From the NCBI GenBank assembly GCA_048270185.1, contig JBLWTJ010000001.1, positions 1,280,001 through 1,344,000 on the forward strand: a DNA stretch of 64,000 bases, read 5' to 3'. Positions 19,711 to 29,276 of this stretch are shown here, in pieces. The notes below the pieces were generated by a model. That model had not been told where the DNA came from and made no database searches. It was given only the letters and a program-made list of their open reading frames with translations. This DNA comes from Bacteriovoracaceae bacterium. GTDB lineage: Bacteria; Bdellovibrionota; Bacteriovoracia; Bacteriovoracales; Bacteriovoracaceae. A program made the position numbers and the translations under genes. Positions within the stretch are counted from its first letter, which is position 1, and every line of letters begins with the position of its first letter.

Positions 19711-21037
19711 CGAAAGTTAATTTTGCTGTACCAACTTCACCACCACGGTTCTTACCTAGAATGATTTCTGCTAGACCTTGATCTTTAGTATCTGGGTTGT
19801 AGTACTCATCACGATAAACGAACATAATAATATCCGCATCCTGCTCGATCGATCCCGATTCACGAAGATCGGAAATCATTGGTCTCTTATTCGGACGAGA
19901 TTCAACGGAACGGTTAAGCTGTGAAAGTGCAATTACAGGACACTCAAGCTCTTTGGCCATATTCTTTAGACCCCTTGAGATTTCAGAAATCTGCTGTTCA
20001 CGAGAAAGGGTCTTATTGTGTGAACTCATAAGCTGAAGGTAATCGATTACAACTAATCCAAGACCTTCTGAAGCCTTAATCTTACGACAAGCCGATTGAA
20101 TATCAAGTAAGCTTGTTCCTGCATTATCGTTAATATAAATTGGTAGGTCTGCTAATTGCTGGATTCCTTGACCAATCTTTCTTAGATCTGTTTCTAAGAA
20201 CTCTTTTGTTCTAATTCTCTTTGAGTCAATCTTCGCTCTTTGGGTAAGAAGACGCATTGAAAGCTCTTTTGCCATCATCTCCAGAGAGAAGAGAGCAACA
20301 GGCATTTTAGTCATCTCACAAACGTTTTGAGCAAAGTTAAGAGCAAGTGCCGTCTTCCCCATGGCAGGACGAGCAGCAAGAATAATAAGTTGACCTGGTT
20401 GCATTCCAAGAACAAGCTTATCAACGGCGCCATATCCAGTAGGTATACCTTGAACTTGACCGGCCTTACGAGATGTATCTTCGATCTCTTTAATATTTTC
20501 TTTTAGACATTCATTTAGTTTAATCATACTTCCTTGTTTGGCTTCATTTGTAAGCCCAAAGAAAGTTGCTTCTACTTCTTGAATAAAGTCTTGAGCATTT
20601 CCTGAAAAAGTTGCACCTTTATCTGCTACTTTACGAGCTTGGCGAACAAGCTCTCTTAGAGAAGCTTTGTCTTTAACAGTCTTTGCATAATGTCTTAAGT
20701 TGGCACTTGATACTTGGTCTTCCGTAATATCAAGAATGAATGATTGACCACCAATTCCCTCAAGTCTATTGTGATCTTGGAGGTGGGAACAAATTGTTAC
20801 GTAGTCGACTGGATTATTAGAATAAACCATGTCTTTAATAGCATCATAAACAATCCCATATTTAGGATCGTAAAAGTCTTTTCCTTCTAACTTTAAGTCA
20901 GAGATTTCATCAAAAGATAAACTATCTAGTAATAGACATGACAGAAGTGATTTTTCTGAAAGAGTATCATTTGGAAGTGCTCGCGCACCTGGATTCATAC
21001 TTTGTTGTTGCTGTTGTTCCATCATATTCGGCCCCAT
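19646..21037 (-). CDS. dnaB: Replicative DNA helicase
   Basis: AARPAMGKT, FSLEM, IDYLQL, LSQLNR, DLRESGSIEQDAD. Confidence 0.98.
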   Translation of the reverse strand: MGPNMMEQQQQQSMNPGARALPNDTLSEKSLLSCLLLDSLSFDEISDLKLEGKDFYDPKYGIVYDAIKDMVYSNNPVDYVTICSHLQDHNRLEGIGGQSFILDITEDQVSSANLRHYAKTVKDKASLRELVRQARKVADKGATFSGNAQDFIQEVEATFFGLTNEAKQGSMIKLNECLKENIKEIEDTSRKAGQVQGIPTGYGAVDKLVLGMQPGQLIILAARPAMGKTALALNFAQNVCEMTKMPVALFSLEMMAKELSMRLLTQRAKIDSKRIRTKEFLETDLRKIGQGIQQLADLPIYINDNAGTSLLDIQSACRKIKASEGLGLVVIDYLQLMSSHNKTLSREQQISEISRGLKNMAKELECPVIALSQLNRSVESRPNKRPMISDLRESGSIEQDADIIMFVYRDEYYNPDTKDQGLAEIILGKNRGGEVGTAKLTFVGAHTSFENVAYAQDDARPGH

Positions 21038-21050
21038 AATATGATTTAAT

Positions 21051-21080
21051 AAAAAGAAGAAGGGCCAAATTAATGGCCCC
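21051..21080 (-). terminator. Intrinsic terminator after rplI
   Basis: GGGCCA-TTAATT-TGGCCC followed by TTCTTCTTTT on minus strand. Confidence 0.7.
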
Positions 21081-21103
21081 TCAATATTTAAGACTTTTAA
21101 GAA

Positions 21104-21715
21104 TTAGCTTCTTAGAATTCTATTGGCTTCCATCTTAAGCTTTTCTTCTTCAGAAAGCTCAGTGTTTTCACCATTTGCAGCAGCTTCTTCTTGTTCTTTT
21201 GCAAGAGCTTCTTTAGCAGCTTTTGCAGCAGCAAGTTCTTCTGCTTTTTTCTTGTTTTCTTCTTCTTGAGCTGGATCCATTTTTACAGATACAGTAAAAG
21301 CAGCTTCAATTCCTGCGAAGATTTTAGCTTTAACAGTGTAGCTACCAACTGAACGAATTGGATCTTCTAGAAGAAGGTGTCTTCTTTCTACATCGTGACC
21401 TAGCTTAGCTAGTTCTTGAGAAAGTTCGTGAGTTGTAACAGAACCAAAAAGTTTACCGTTAGTACCAACTCTTTTGATTAGTTCAAGGTTAACACCATTG
21501 ATTGCTTTAGCAACAGTTTCAGCATCAGCTTTATCACCAGCTACTTTCTTAGCAAGTAGTTTTTCGTAGTGCTTAACTTGAGCTGTATTAGACTCATCTG
21601 CAAGAACAGCTGAACCATTTGGGATTAGGAAGTTTCTTGCATAACCAGCAGAAACATTAACAATTTCCCCTACGTTTCCAAGAGACTTTACAGTTTCTTT
21701 AAGAATAACTTTCAT
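21104..21715 (-). CDS. rplI: 50S ribosomal protein L9 with acidic C-terminal extension
   Basis: MKVIL...GYARNFLIP, GKLFGSVT. Confidence 0.97.
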   Translation of the reverse strand: MKVILKETVKSLGNVGEIVNVSAGYARNFLIPNGSAVLADESNTAQVKHYEKLLAKKVAGDKADAETVAKAINGVNLELIKRVGTNGKLFGSVTTHELSQELAKLGHDVERRHLLLEDPIRSVGSYTVKAKIFAGIEAAFTVSVKMDPAQEEENKKKAEELAAAKAAKEALAKEQEEAAANGENTELSEEEKLKMEANRILRS

Positions 21716-21716
21716 T

Positions 21717-22727
21717 TTATATCTCCTTATTATTTTTAAAAAATCTTCTAAAGTTGACCCAATAATCTAGAAGGCCAACAATCGCAATAAAGCGATGAGC
21801 AAAGAAAATAGTCATAATTGCAAGAATTGAGCGGATAAATCCTGTTACCTTGATGTACTTTAAAAAGTCCAGGTAAACACCCATTCCTTGAAAGAAGTAA
21901 AAAACACCTAAGCAAAGTAGAATATTAAGACCAATGATTTCATAAGTCTCACCACCGATATACTCTCCTCCTAAGAAGAGACCAAGACCGACGATAACAA
22001 TAAATGCAAAGTACTCTGGCACTTGAAAGCGAACAAAGTTCTTTAGTCCATACTTGTAACCGTGGAGCATTTTCCACATTGTTGCATTTCTAAGAAGCAT
22101 AAAAACCGTAAGCCAAAGAATGAAGAATGTTCCAACGAAAATTACAGAGAATCCCCATTGATAAACTTTCGTAATAACCTCTTCTGGTTTATCAAAAATT
22201 TGTTGATAAAGGGCGGCCATTTCACCACCACGAGAGATTAATTCTTTGTACTCAGGTGTACTTTTAAGTTGCGTAAAAGATGATGTTACTAGTTCCGTAA
22301 TCGAGTTTGAGATCGCTGAAGGGAAAATCACTTCAATCGTTCCCATGATTCCGAAAATAACTACGAGTAAATAGAAACCTCTTTTTAGAAGTCCTTTAAC
22401 CGGATCTTCATTCTTCAAAATAGTTGAAGCACTTAAGAATCCAATAATCACGGCATAGAATAAGAATGCCGCAGAATTACCAAGGATTAAGAAAGCTTCA
22501 CCGTACTGAGAACCTAAAAAGGCCAATATAATAATCGTTCCAAAGGCAACAAAAGTTTTTAAGTTTCCGTAAAGCAAGAATGCGAAAGCAGCCGGTAGTG
22601 GTGAAAAAACACCAAGTGGATATGCTACGCTTAGAACCAAACAAATTACACACAGAAAGATTAGCTTCCCAATAGTGAAGTTATCTTTCGAAATTGGTGA
22701 AAATGTATTTGGCTTTTTTTCGTTCAT
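21717..22727 (-). CDS. DUF2232 (YybS-like) membrane protein
   Basis: Multi-TM; YFFQG and GLLDYWVNFRR motifs; usual position between rpsR and rplI. Confidence 0.8.
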   Translation of the reverse strand: MNEKKPNTFSPISKDNFTIGKLIFLCVICLVLSVAYPLGVFSPLPAAFAFLLYGNLKTFVAFGTIIILAFLGSQYGEAFLILGNSAAFLFYAVIIGFLSASTILKNEDPVKGLLKRGFYLLVVIFGIMGTIEVIFPSAISNSITELVTSSFTQLKSTPEYKELISRGGEMAALYQQIFDKPEEVITKVYQWGFSVIFVGTFFILWLTVFMLLRNATMWKMLHGYKYGLKNFVRFQVPEYFAFIVIVGLGLFLGGEYIGGETYEIIGLNILLCLGVFYFFQGMGVYLDFLKYIKVTGFIRSILAIMTIFFAHRFIAIVGLLDYWVNFRRFFKNNKEI

Positions 22728-22761
22728 TACTTTTACTATTTCCTAAAATTTCATTCACTTC

Positions 22762-23370
22762 TTAGTGAGCGAAATCACCTCTAACATGAGAAACTAGACC
22801 AATATTTCTTGCTCTCTTGATAGCTGTTTGTGCCCATCTGTGGTGCTTAGTCGATACACCAGTTACTCTTGATGGTTGAATCTTACCAAATTCGTTGATT
22901 AGCCAGTTGTAAGTCTTTGGATCTTTCCAATCAGCAGTGATGCTGTTTGCTTTAAACCAACAGTTCTTTCTCTTAGCGAATCTTCTCTTGTCTTTTTCAG
23001 CACCTTTTTCAAGTTCATCAGTTTGTGAACCAGCGTGAGCTTTAGAGAATGGAGTCTTGTAGTTTTTAACAGCAGTTTCAGCGTCAGTATCAAGTTTAAC
23101 GATTAGGTACTTGTGTACGTTTTCGTTAATTTTGAAACGTCTTTGAAGTTCTGTGTTTAGGTCTTTGTTTCCTGAAACGATGAAATAGATGTAGTTACCT
23201 GTTCTAGAACCGTTCTTGGCAGTTTGAGCAAATGTTCTCATTCCCCAATCATCAGTTAGGTGAACTTCACCTTCGTAATTTTTTGCAACTTCAGCTACTA
23301 GGTTTTTAAGGCTAGTTTGTTGCTCTTCAGTTGCGCCCGCGTGAGCTACTAATGCTAACTCATAAATCAT
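22762..23370 (-). CDS. rpsF-rpsR: Fused 30S ribosomal proteins S6-S18
   Basis: N-terminal S6 (YEL...DWGMR...INENVHKYLIVK); C-terminal S18 (DWKD...GKIQPSRVTG...AIKRARNIGL); one continuous frame. Confidence 0.93.
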   Translation of the reverse strand: MIYELALVAHAGATEEQQTSLKNLVAEVAKNYEGEVHLTDDWGMRTFAQTAKNGSRTGNYIYFIVSGNKDLNTELQRRFKINENVHKYLIVKLDTDAETAVKNYKTPFSKAHAGSQTDELEKGAEKDKRRFAKRKNCWFKANSITADWKDPKTYNWLINEFGKIQPSRVTGVSTKHHRWAQTAIKRARNIGLVSHVRGDFAH

Positions 23371-23372
23371 AC

Positions 23373-23428
23373 TTTATCTCCTGGACAATAGTTATTATTG
23401 GCTTCCCCACCATAGGGAAGCGAGTAAA
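23373..23428 (-). promoter_or_regulatory. S6:S18-type ribosomal leader RNA
   Basis: UUUACUC can pair with GAG(A)UAAA over the SD; GCUUCCC/GGGAAGC hairpin; CCA just before GGAG. Confidence 0.6.
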
Positions 23429-23484
23429 TTAACGGTCAATGTGCGCCTAATCTACCAGTCTTGTGGCTTTGTGTAAAGCCATGG

Positions 23485-23690
23485 AAGGTGCACGCAACTT
23501 TTTCGTGAAATCAATAACTTAAAATGAAACAGGTAAAGAGATATACGTCTTTTCAATAAGTTAAAAAATACTCACGAAGTCTTTGCTCACCCGAAGGACC
23601 AAAATAAGCATAAATAGTGGTAAATATTTACAAATACGCACTCAAGGTCAAGATAAACACCTGAAATCTTGAAAAGGTTGCGTGCACCTT
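23485..23690. mobile_element. 206-bp non-coding element with 20-bp terminal inverted repeats (MITE/REPIN-like)
   Basis: AAGGTGCACGCAACTTTTTC (23485-23504) and GAAAAGGTTGCGTGCACCTT (23671-23690) are 19/20 complementary. Confidence 0.55.
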
Positions 23691-24291
23691 AGTCGAGCCA
23701 TTCCAGAAGAATATCGATCTTCATATTGATATCGTCGATTTCAAGGATGCCCTGCTTTAAATCAGGAGAAGTTACGACAAATTCAGTGATGGCCCCAATG
23801 AGAACTATGGGATCAGTAGTGGCCTCTATCAGAGCATCATACTCGGCCGGGTTTTTAAAGAATGACTTGGCCCAATGACGAAATACTAATGAAAGTTTTT
23901 GCAGAGAAATCATATGCTCTGGCATAACACTTAAGAATTCAGGAATAGTTTCAATCTCCACCGTATTAAAAGGGCCACCTTCGTTGTAGACACTAACGAT
24001 CTCCCCTTTAGCGATTGGCTCAAGAACAACGAGCATGGTTCCATCTTTTGATTTTTGAAGAATCTCAACTCGACCGAACCCTGTGATACGGCGAACACTC
24101 TTATACTTGTCGTGTTCAATGGCTATCGACTCTTCATTCTCATCAAGATTTGCGTAGGAAAGCGCGACAGGTACGCCAAGCTTTTCTGCTTCATGAATCA
24201 TTTGAATATAGCGTGGCTCGAAAATATTGAGAGGTTTCTTAAGGATTGCTTGGTAGGAAACTTTATGTAATGGAAATAAGAATGCTCTCAT
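23689..24291 (-). CDS. Stand-alone Lon protease substrate-binding domain protein
   Basis: LFPL...PLNIFEPRYIQMI, DGTMLV, KQGILE. Confidence 0.85.
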   Translation of the reverse strand: MRAFLFPLHKVSYQAILKKPLNIFEPRYIQMIHEAEKLGVPVALSYANLDENEESIAIEHDKYKSVRRITGFGRVEILQKSKDGTMLVVLEPIAKGEIVSVYNEGGPFNTVEIETIPEFLSVMPEHMISLQKLSLVFRHWAKSFFKNPAEYDALIEATTDPIVLIGAITEFVVTSPDLKQGILEIDDINMKIDILLEWLD

Positions 24292-24304
24292 AAGTTTTCC
24301 TCAT

Positions 24305-24324
24305 AAAGGTTCCTGGAACCTTTT
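24305..24324. repeat. REP-like palindrome
   Basis: AAAGGTTCC-T-GGAACCTTT, related to the RAYT-flanking repeats; abuts a second hairpin at 24323-24345. Confidence 0.6.
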
Positions 24325-24349
24325 CGGGATGCATTGCACCCCGAATGGG

Positions 24350-25921
24350 CTAGAATATTTCGTATTGTTCAACGTGGTAAGAGTTCTCTGAACGAATCTG
24401 AAGATTCACACCAAAGACTTCTTCCATCGTTTCGATAATATCAATCTCTTCACTACACAGAGATGCTGTCACCTCAGGGTGAGCGTAAATTGATACTTTC
24501 TTTGACTTTGGATTATTGCGAATTTTTTTTCCAAGTTCGCGTACAATTTCAAAACAAACAGTGCTTACCGTCTTAACAATGCCATTTCCATCACAGTACT
24601 GGCATGGCTCACACATAATTCGTGTAAGAGTGTCACGAGTTCTCTTACGAGTCATCTCAACTAAACCTAGCTCTGAAATCGGTAGGACTTTAGTTTTTGA
24701 GCGATCTTTCTTAAGCGCTTCTACTAAAGTGTTATAAACAGCTTCACGGTTTTCTTCTTTTTCCATATCGATAAAATCGATAATAATAATCCCACCGCAA
24801 TTTCTAAGTCTTAGCTGATATGCTATCTCTTTTACTGCTTCTAAATTTGTTCTAAGAATTGTTTCTTCGAGAGTCTTTCGCCCGACAAATTTTCCCGTGT
24901 TAACATCAATTGAAACAAGGGCCTCTGTTTGGTCAATATTTAATGATCCACCAGAGCGCAGGTAAACCTTATTACTAAGTCCTCTTTCGATTTCAATATC
25001 AACACCGTATTTTTCAAAAATAGGATTCGTTTCATCAAAGTATTTCGCCTTGCCTTTAATTTGTGGAAGGTACTTTGCTGCGAATTTCTCAACTTCTTTC
25101 ACACCATCTTTATCATCGATAATAATATTTTCCACATCTTCATCAGTGATGTCGCGAAGAACTCGTTGAATGAAAGTTAGGTCTTCATAGCAAAGGGCCG
25201 GAGCCTTTTCCTTTTCAGACTTCTTTTGAACTTCCTTCCAGATTTTAGTCAGCATATCGTAGTCAGTTTTAAGAGTCTTGTATGAACTCCCCTCTGCTAC
25301 AGTTCTGGCAATTACACCCTTACCTTCTGGGCGAATTGTTTCAAGCATTTCTTTTAAACGATCGCGTTCATCATCATTTTCAATACGGCGAGAAACACCA
25401 GTGTGTTCGATGAATGGCATATAGACAACGTAGCGGCCAGGAATCGTCACGTGACGTGTTACTCTTGGGCCCTTTGTTGAGATAGGCTCTTTTGCAACCT
25501 GAACAATAATCTCATCCCCTTCTTTAAGGAACGATTCAATAGTGGCAGAAGCTGGTCGCATTTTCATATCAACCGCTTCAGATAGAGTTGCCAACTCATC
25601 AGGAATCACAAGCCCTGAGTCTTGCTTTTCTTTTCTAATTTCTTCGGCCTTCTTTGCCATTTCTCTTTGTTCATCAATTGTTGGAAGATAGGCATCATCA
25701 ACATATAAGAAAGCAGCCTTCTCGTACCCAATATCAACAAAAGCTGATTGCATACCAGGCAGTACTCTTAATACTTTTCCGCGATAAATATTTCCAAGTC
25801 TTGGGTGTGGTGACGTTGTTGGTTTCGTTCTCTCCATAAGGAAGTCGAGAATTTCACCGTTCTCCATCAAAACAGCACGCCACTCGTTAACTGTTTTGTT
25901 AATAATCAAATCTTTAGACAT
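24350..25921 (-). CDS. rng: Ribonuclease G (Rne/Rng family)
   Basis: GNIYRGKV..VLPGMQSAFVDIG, KEPISTKGPR, IDVNTG, IDFIDM, GLVEMTRKR, CQYC. Confidence 0.95.
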   Translation of the reverse strand: MSKDLIINKTVNEWRAVLMENGEILDFLMERTKPTTSPHPRLGNIYRGKVLRVLPGMQSAFVDIGYEKAAFLYVDDAYLPTIDEQREMAKKAEEIRKEKQDSGLVIPDELATLSEAVDMKMRPASATIESFLKEGDEIIVQVAKEPISTKGPRVTRHVTIPGRYVVYMPFIEHTGVSRRIENDDERDRLKEMLETIRPEGKGVIARTVAEGSSYKTLKTDYDMLTKIWKEVQKKSEKEKAPALCYEDLTFIQRVLRDITDEDVENIIIDDKDGVKEVEKFAAKYLPQIKGKAKYFDETNPIFEKYGVDIEIERGLSNKVYLRSGGSLNIDQTEALVSIDVNTGKFVGRKTLEETILRTNLEAVKEIAYQLRLRNCGGIIIIDFIDMEKEENREAVYNTLVEALKKDRSKTKVLPISELGLVEMTRKRTRDTLTRIMCEPCQYCDGNGIVKTVSTVCFEIVRELGKKIRNNPKSKKVSIYAHPEVTASLCSEEIDIIETMEEVFGVNLQIRSENSYHVEQYEIF

Positions 25922-26102
25922 ATATATTCCTTTTAAACTTTATCTCTTTAAATCAAATATAGGAGTAAACCTCGGCGAGCGTCGCTCAAGCCAAAGAGTT
26001 TAACCTACTAATAATTGTACGACTGAGCAAGGTTTTACGCTAGAAGATATAATATTCCGCGTTAACCTACTCAGTTATTACAATTGTAAATAATTTTAGA
26101 AT

Positions 26103-27317
26103 TTAGATAAAGATTCCAGCAACAGCTGCCGTCATGAAACAGGCCAAAGTCCCCGCTATAAGTGACTTTATACCAAGACGAGCAAGGTCTTGCTTGCGGT
26201 TTTCAGCAATCCCACCGATTCCACCAATTTGAATTCCAATTGATGAGAAATTAGCAAAACCACAAAGTGCATAAGTTGAAATAATAACCGAGCGCTCTGA
26301 TATATTACTCATATTAGCTCGAAGGTCGAGATAAGCGACAAACTCATTAAGTACGAGTTTCTTACCAAGTAGCGTTCCAACTACTTGCGCATCTTTCCAT
26401 TCAACACCTAGAAGCCATGCAAATGGAGCAAATAATTTCCCCATAATTAGCTCAAGAGTAATTCCTTCAAATCCAAACCAACCTGTGACAAGAGCAAGTC
26501 CACCATTTAACATGGCAACAAGTGCGATAATTGCAACAAGCATGGCACCAACATTAATAGCAAGCTTAACACCTTCACTTGCACCATTGGCCGCAGCATC
26601 GATTAAGTTAACACTACTATCTTTTAATTCTAATTTTAGATCACCTTTTGTTAATGACTCTTCTGTTTCAGGAATCATTAATTTTGCACAAACAAGTGCA
26701 GCTGGCGCCGACATAACTGAAGCTGAAAGTAAGTGAGCTGCATCAATTCCGAAACCAACATATGAAGCAAGAACTCCACCAGCAACTGTTGCCATCCCAC
26801 CAGTCATGAGGGCCATAAGCTCAGACTTTGTCATTTTGGAAATTAGTGGCTTAACAACAAGAGGTGCTTCCGTTTGACCTGCAAAGATATTTGCTGCCGC
26901 TGCAAGTGACTCAGCTCCTGAAGTCCCCATTACAAATGACATTACTTTAGCGAAAGCACGAATGATTACTTGCATAACACCTAAGTGGTAAAGAACACTC
27001 ATTAAAGACGACATGAAGATAATTGTTGGAAGTACCATAACAAAGAAGATAAACCCTGTTTTAGGTACATTTGTTAGAGGCCCAAAAAGAAATTCCGAAC
27101 CTTCATTTGTATAATTTAGAATTGATGTAAAGAAGCCGCGTGCTCCCTCAAAGAATCCCTGTCCTACTTGAGTTTTAAGAATAATTAGTCCAAATCCAAC
27201 TTGGAGTAGAACCCCAGAAATAACAAGTCGCCAATTAATTTTTTTACGATCAGTTGAAAGTGCAAATGCAATTCCAATCATTACTACTAAACCAAGTGCC
27301 GAAATGAATCTTTCCAT
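26103..27317 (-). CDS. nupC: NupC-family concentrative nucleoside transporter
   Basis: ANIFAGQTEAP, TGGMATVAG, NEFVAY, CGFANFSSIGI. Confidence 0.95.
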   Translation of the reverse strand: MERFISALGLVVMIGIAFALSTDRKKINWRLVISGVLLQVGFGLIILKTQVGQGFFEGARGFFTSILNYTNEGSEFLFGPLTNVPKTGFIFFVMVLPTIIFMSSLMSVLYHLGVMQVIIRAFAKVMSFVMGTSGAESLAAAANIFAGQTEAPLVVKPLISKMTKSELMALMTGGMATVAGGVLASYVGFGIDAAHLLSASVMSAPAALVCAKLMIPETEESLTKGDLKLELKDSSVNLIDAAANGASEGVKLAINVGAMLVAIIALVAMLNGGLALVTGWFGFEGITLELIMGKLFAPFAWLLGVEWKDAQVVGTLLGKKLVLNEFVAYLDLRANMSNISERSVIISTYALCGFANFSSIGIQIGGIGGIAENRKQDLARLGIKSLIAGTLACFMTAAVAGIFI

Positions 27318-27407
27318 TGTAATCCTTTAAATCTCAACTAAATTATTAGATAACCTTAGAATAAAGGTTGAGTAAGAGATGGACAATAGAAAATAGGAAT
27401 GAGTCTA

Positions 27408-27803
27408 CTAAAAGTTAAATGACCAGCCAACTTTAGGGTTTTGAGCATTGAATTTCTTGATATCAGTCGCTGTATTTTGAGCATGCCAGCTTAAACGACT
27501 AGTTGTATCAAATGACTTTGTATTACTTGCACCACGAATTGTCGCTTGTGACTTAGATGCCTGATTATAGGCAACAACACCAACACCGATAACAATACCA
27601 ACAGCACCACCAATTAAAATATTCTTTAAGTGATCACTAGGCTCTTCAACAAATGAAAGAGTTGATAAACCAAGAACTGCACCACCAAGCCCTAGTCCAG
27701 CAACAGTTGTTAAGTCACGAATTCCCTCTTCTTTAAAGCTAGTTTGAGCTGAAGCTTGGAATGAAAATGCTAGTAGTAAACATAATGTGATTAATTTTTT
27801 CAT
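27408..27803 (-). CDS. Hypothetical exported protein
   Basis: Signal peptide, glycine-zipper-like helices, C-terminal VGWSFNF. Confidence 0.75.
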   Translation of the reverse strand: MKKLITLCLLLAFSFQASAQTSFKEEGIRDLTTVAGLGLGGAVLGLSTLSFVEEPSDHLKNILIGGAVGIVIGVGVVAYNQASKSQATIRGASNTKSFDTTSRLSWHAQNTATDIKKFNAQNPKVGWSFNF

Positions 27804-27956
27804 GCTGATTAAGTCCTAATAGTTTATATGCTTTGCGCAAAGTTTCATCATTGCCACCTGTGATGGCCGTGTCTATAATGATCCTTTTCTTATTCTATAC
27901 GCTTTAGTAAATTGATGCAATAAATTGCACTCGAAGAAATAATTACAAGGGATACT

Positions 27957-29276
27957 ATGTCACAAAATTTTAGCGCATATCAAATCATCTCAAAAAAGAG
28001 AGATGGAAAGAAACTTAATGATGAAGAGATTAAGTGGTTCATTAATGGATTAACAAGTGGTGACGTCGCTGATTACCAGATGTCGGCCCTTCTGATGGCC
28101 ATTTATCTAAATGGAATGAGCGTTAAGGAAACTGCAGCACTGACAGATGCCATGCTCTACTCTGGAAAAACATTAAAGTTTAAAGGCTTGAACGTGATCG
28201 ACAAGCACTCAACAGGTGGTGTTGGTGATAAGGCATCGTTCATCTTAGGTCCAATTGCGGCGGCATGTGGAGTGAAGGTTCCAATGATGGCCGGACGTGG
28301 TCTTGGTCACACTGGTGGAACTGTTGATAAAGTTGAATCGATTAAAGGTTTTAAAACTGATATCACTCTTGATCAATTCAAAAAACAACTTAATAAAGAA
28401 AAGATCGTTCTTATTGGACAAACAAAAGATATCGCTCCTGCAGATAAGATCATCTACGGCCTAAGAGATGTAACTGGAACTGTTGAATCAATCCCTCTTA
28501 TCACTGCTTCAATCATGAGTAAGAAACTTGCTGAAGGCGCTAATGGTATTGTGATGGATATCAAAACTGGTGACGGTGCATTTATGAGTAATATCAAAGA
28601 TGCCAAAGCACTTGCAAAGAGTCTTCGTGATACAGCAAAGCGTTTTGATAAGCGTATGATCACAATGATTACAGATATGAACCAACCACTTGGACAATAT
28701 ATTGGTAATTCACTTGAAATTATCGAATCAATTGAAACTCTAAAAGGTAATGGCCCTAAAGATCTAACAGATATCAGTGTTAAGCTTGCCGGTGCTATGA
28801 TCTACATCGGAGGAAAAGCTGATTCACTAAAAGAAGGTGAAAAGAAAGCACAAGCTGTTATCGATAATGGAAAAGCACTTAAAGTTTTTAAAAACCTTAT
28901 TAAGGTGCAAGGTGGCGATGAGAAGGTTTGTGATGACTATTCTCGCCTACCATTGGCAAAAGAGAAGACTATTTTCACAGCCTCTAAGACTGGATATGTT
29001 TCGGCCATCGCCTGTAAGAATATGGGACTTCATTGCGTAAGCCTTGGTGGTGGACGAGCAAAAGCTAGTGACAAAATCGACTTTGGTGTTGGCTTTATTC
29101 TAAATAAGAAAATTGGCGACAAGGTTTCTAAAGGTGAAGCCCTTGTTGAAATCTATCATAATAAAAACCAGAAGAAGCAAGTTGATTCAATCCTTGCTGA
29201 ACTTAAAAAAGATATTAAGCTTACAACAACTAAGCCTAAGGCAAGTAAGTTAGTATTCGAGGTTAAGGAAATCTAA
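27957..29276 (+). CDS. pdp: Pyrimidine-nucleoside/thymidine phosphorylase
   Basis: DKHSTGGVGDK, GRGLGHTGGT, SIMSKKLA. Confidence 0.95.
   Translation: MSQNFSAYQIISKKRDGKKLNDEEIKWFINGLTSGDVADYQMSALLMAIYLNGMSVKETAALTDAMLYSGKTLKFKGLNVIDKHSTGGVGDKASFILGPIAAACGVKVPMMAGRGLGHTGGTVDKVESIKGFKTDITLDQFKKQLNKEKIVLIGQTKDIAPADKIIYGLRDVTGTVESIPLITASIMSKKLAEGANGIVMDIKTGDGAFMSNIKDAKALAKSLRDTAKRFDKRMITMITDMNQPLGQYIGNSLEIIESIETLKGNGPKDLTDISVKLAGAMIYIGGKADSLKEGEKKAQAVIDNGKALKVFKNLIKVQGGDEKVCDDYSRLPLAKEKTIFTASKTGYVSAIACKNMGLHCVSLGGGRAKASDKIDFGVGFILNKKIGDKVSKGEALVEIYHNKNQKKQVDSILAELKKDIKLTTTKPKASKLVFEVKEI

Noticed and set aside
19646..21037. Possible intein in DnaB (also considered for PolB)
   Set aside because: Normal protein lengths and contiguous motifs
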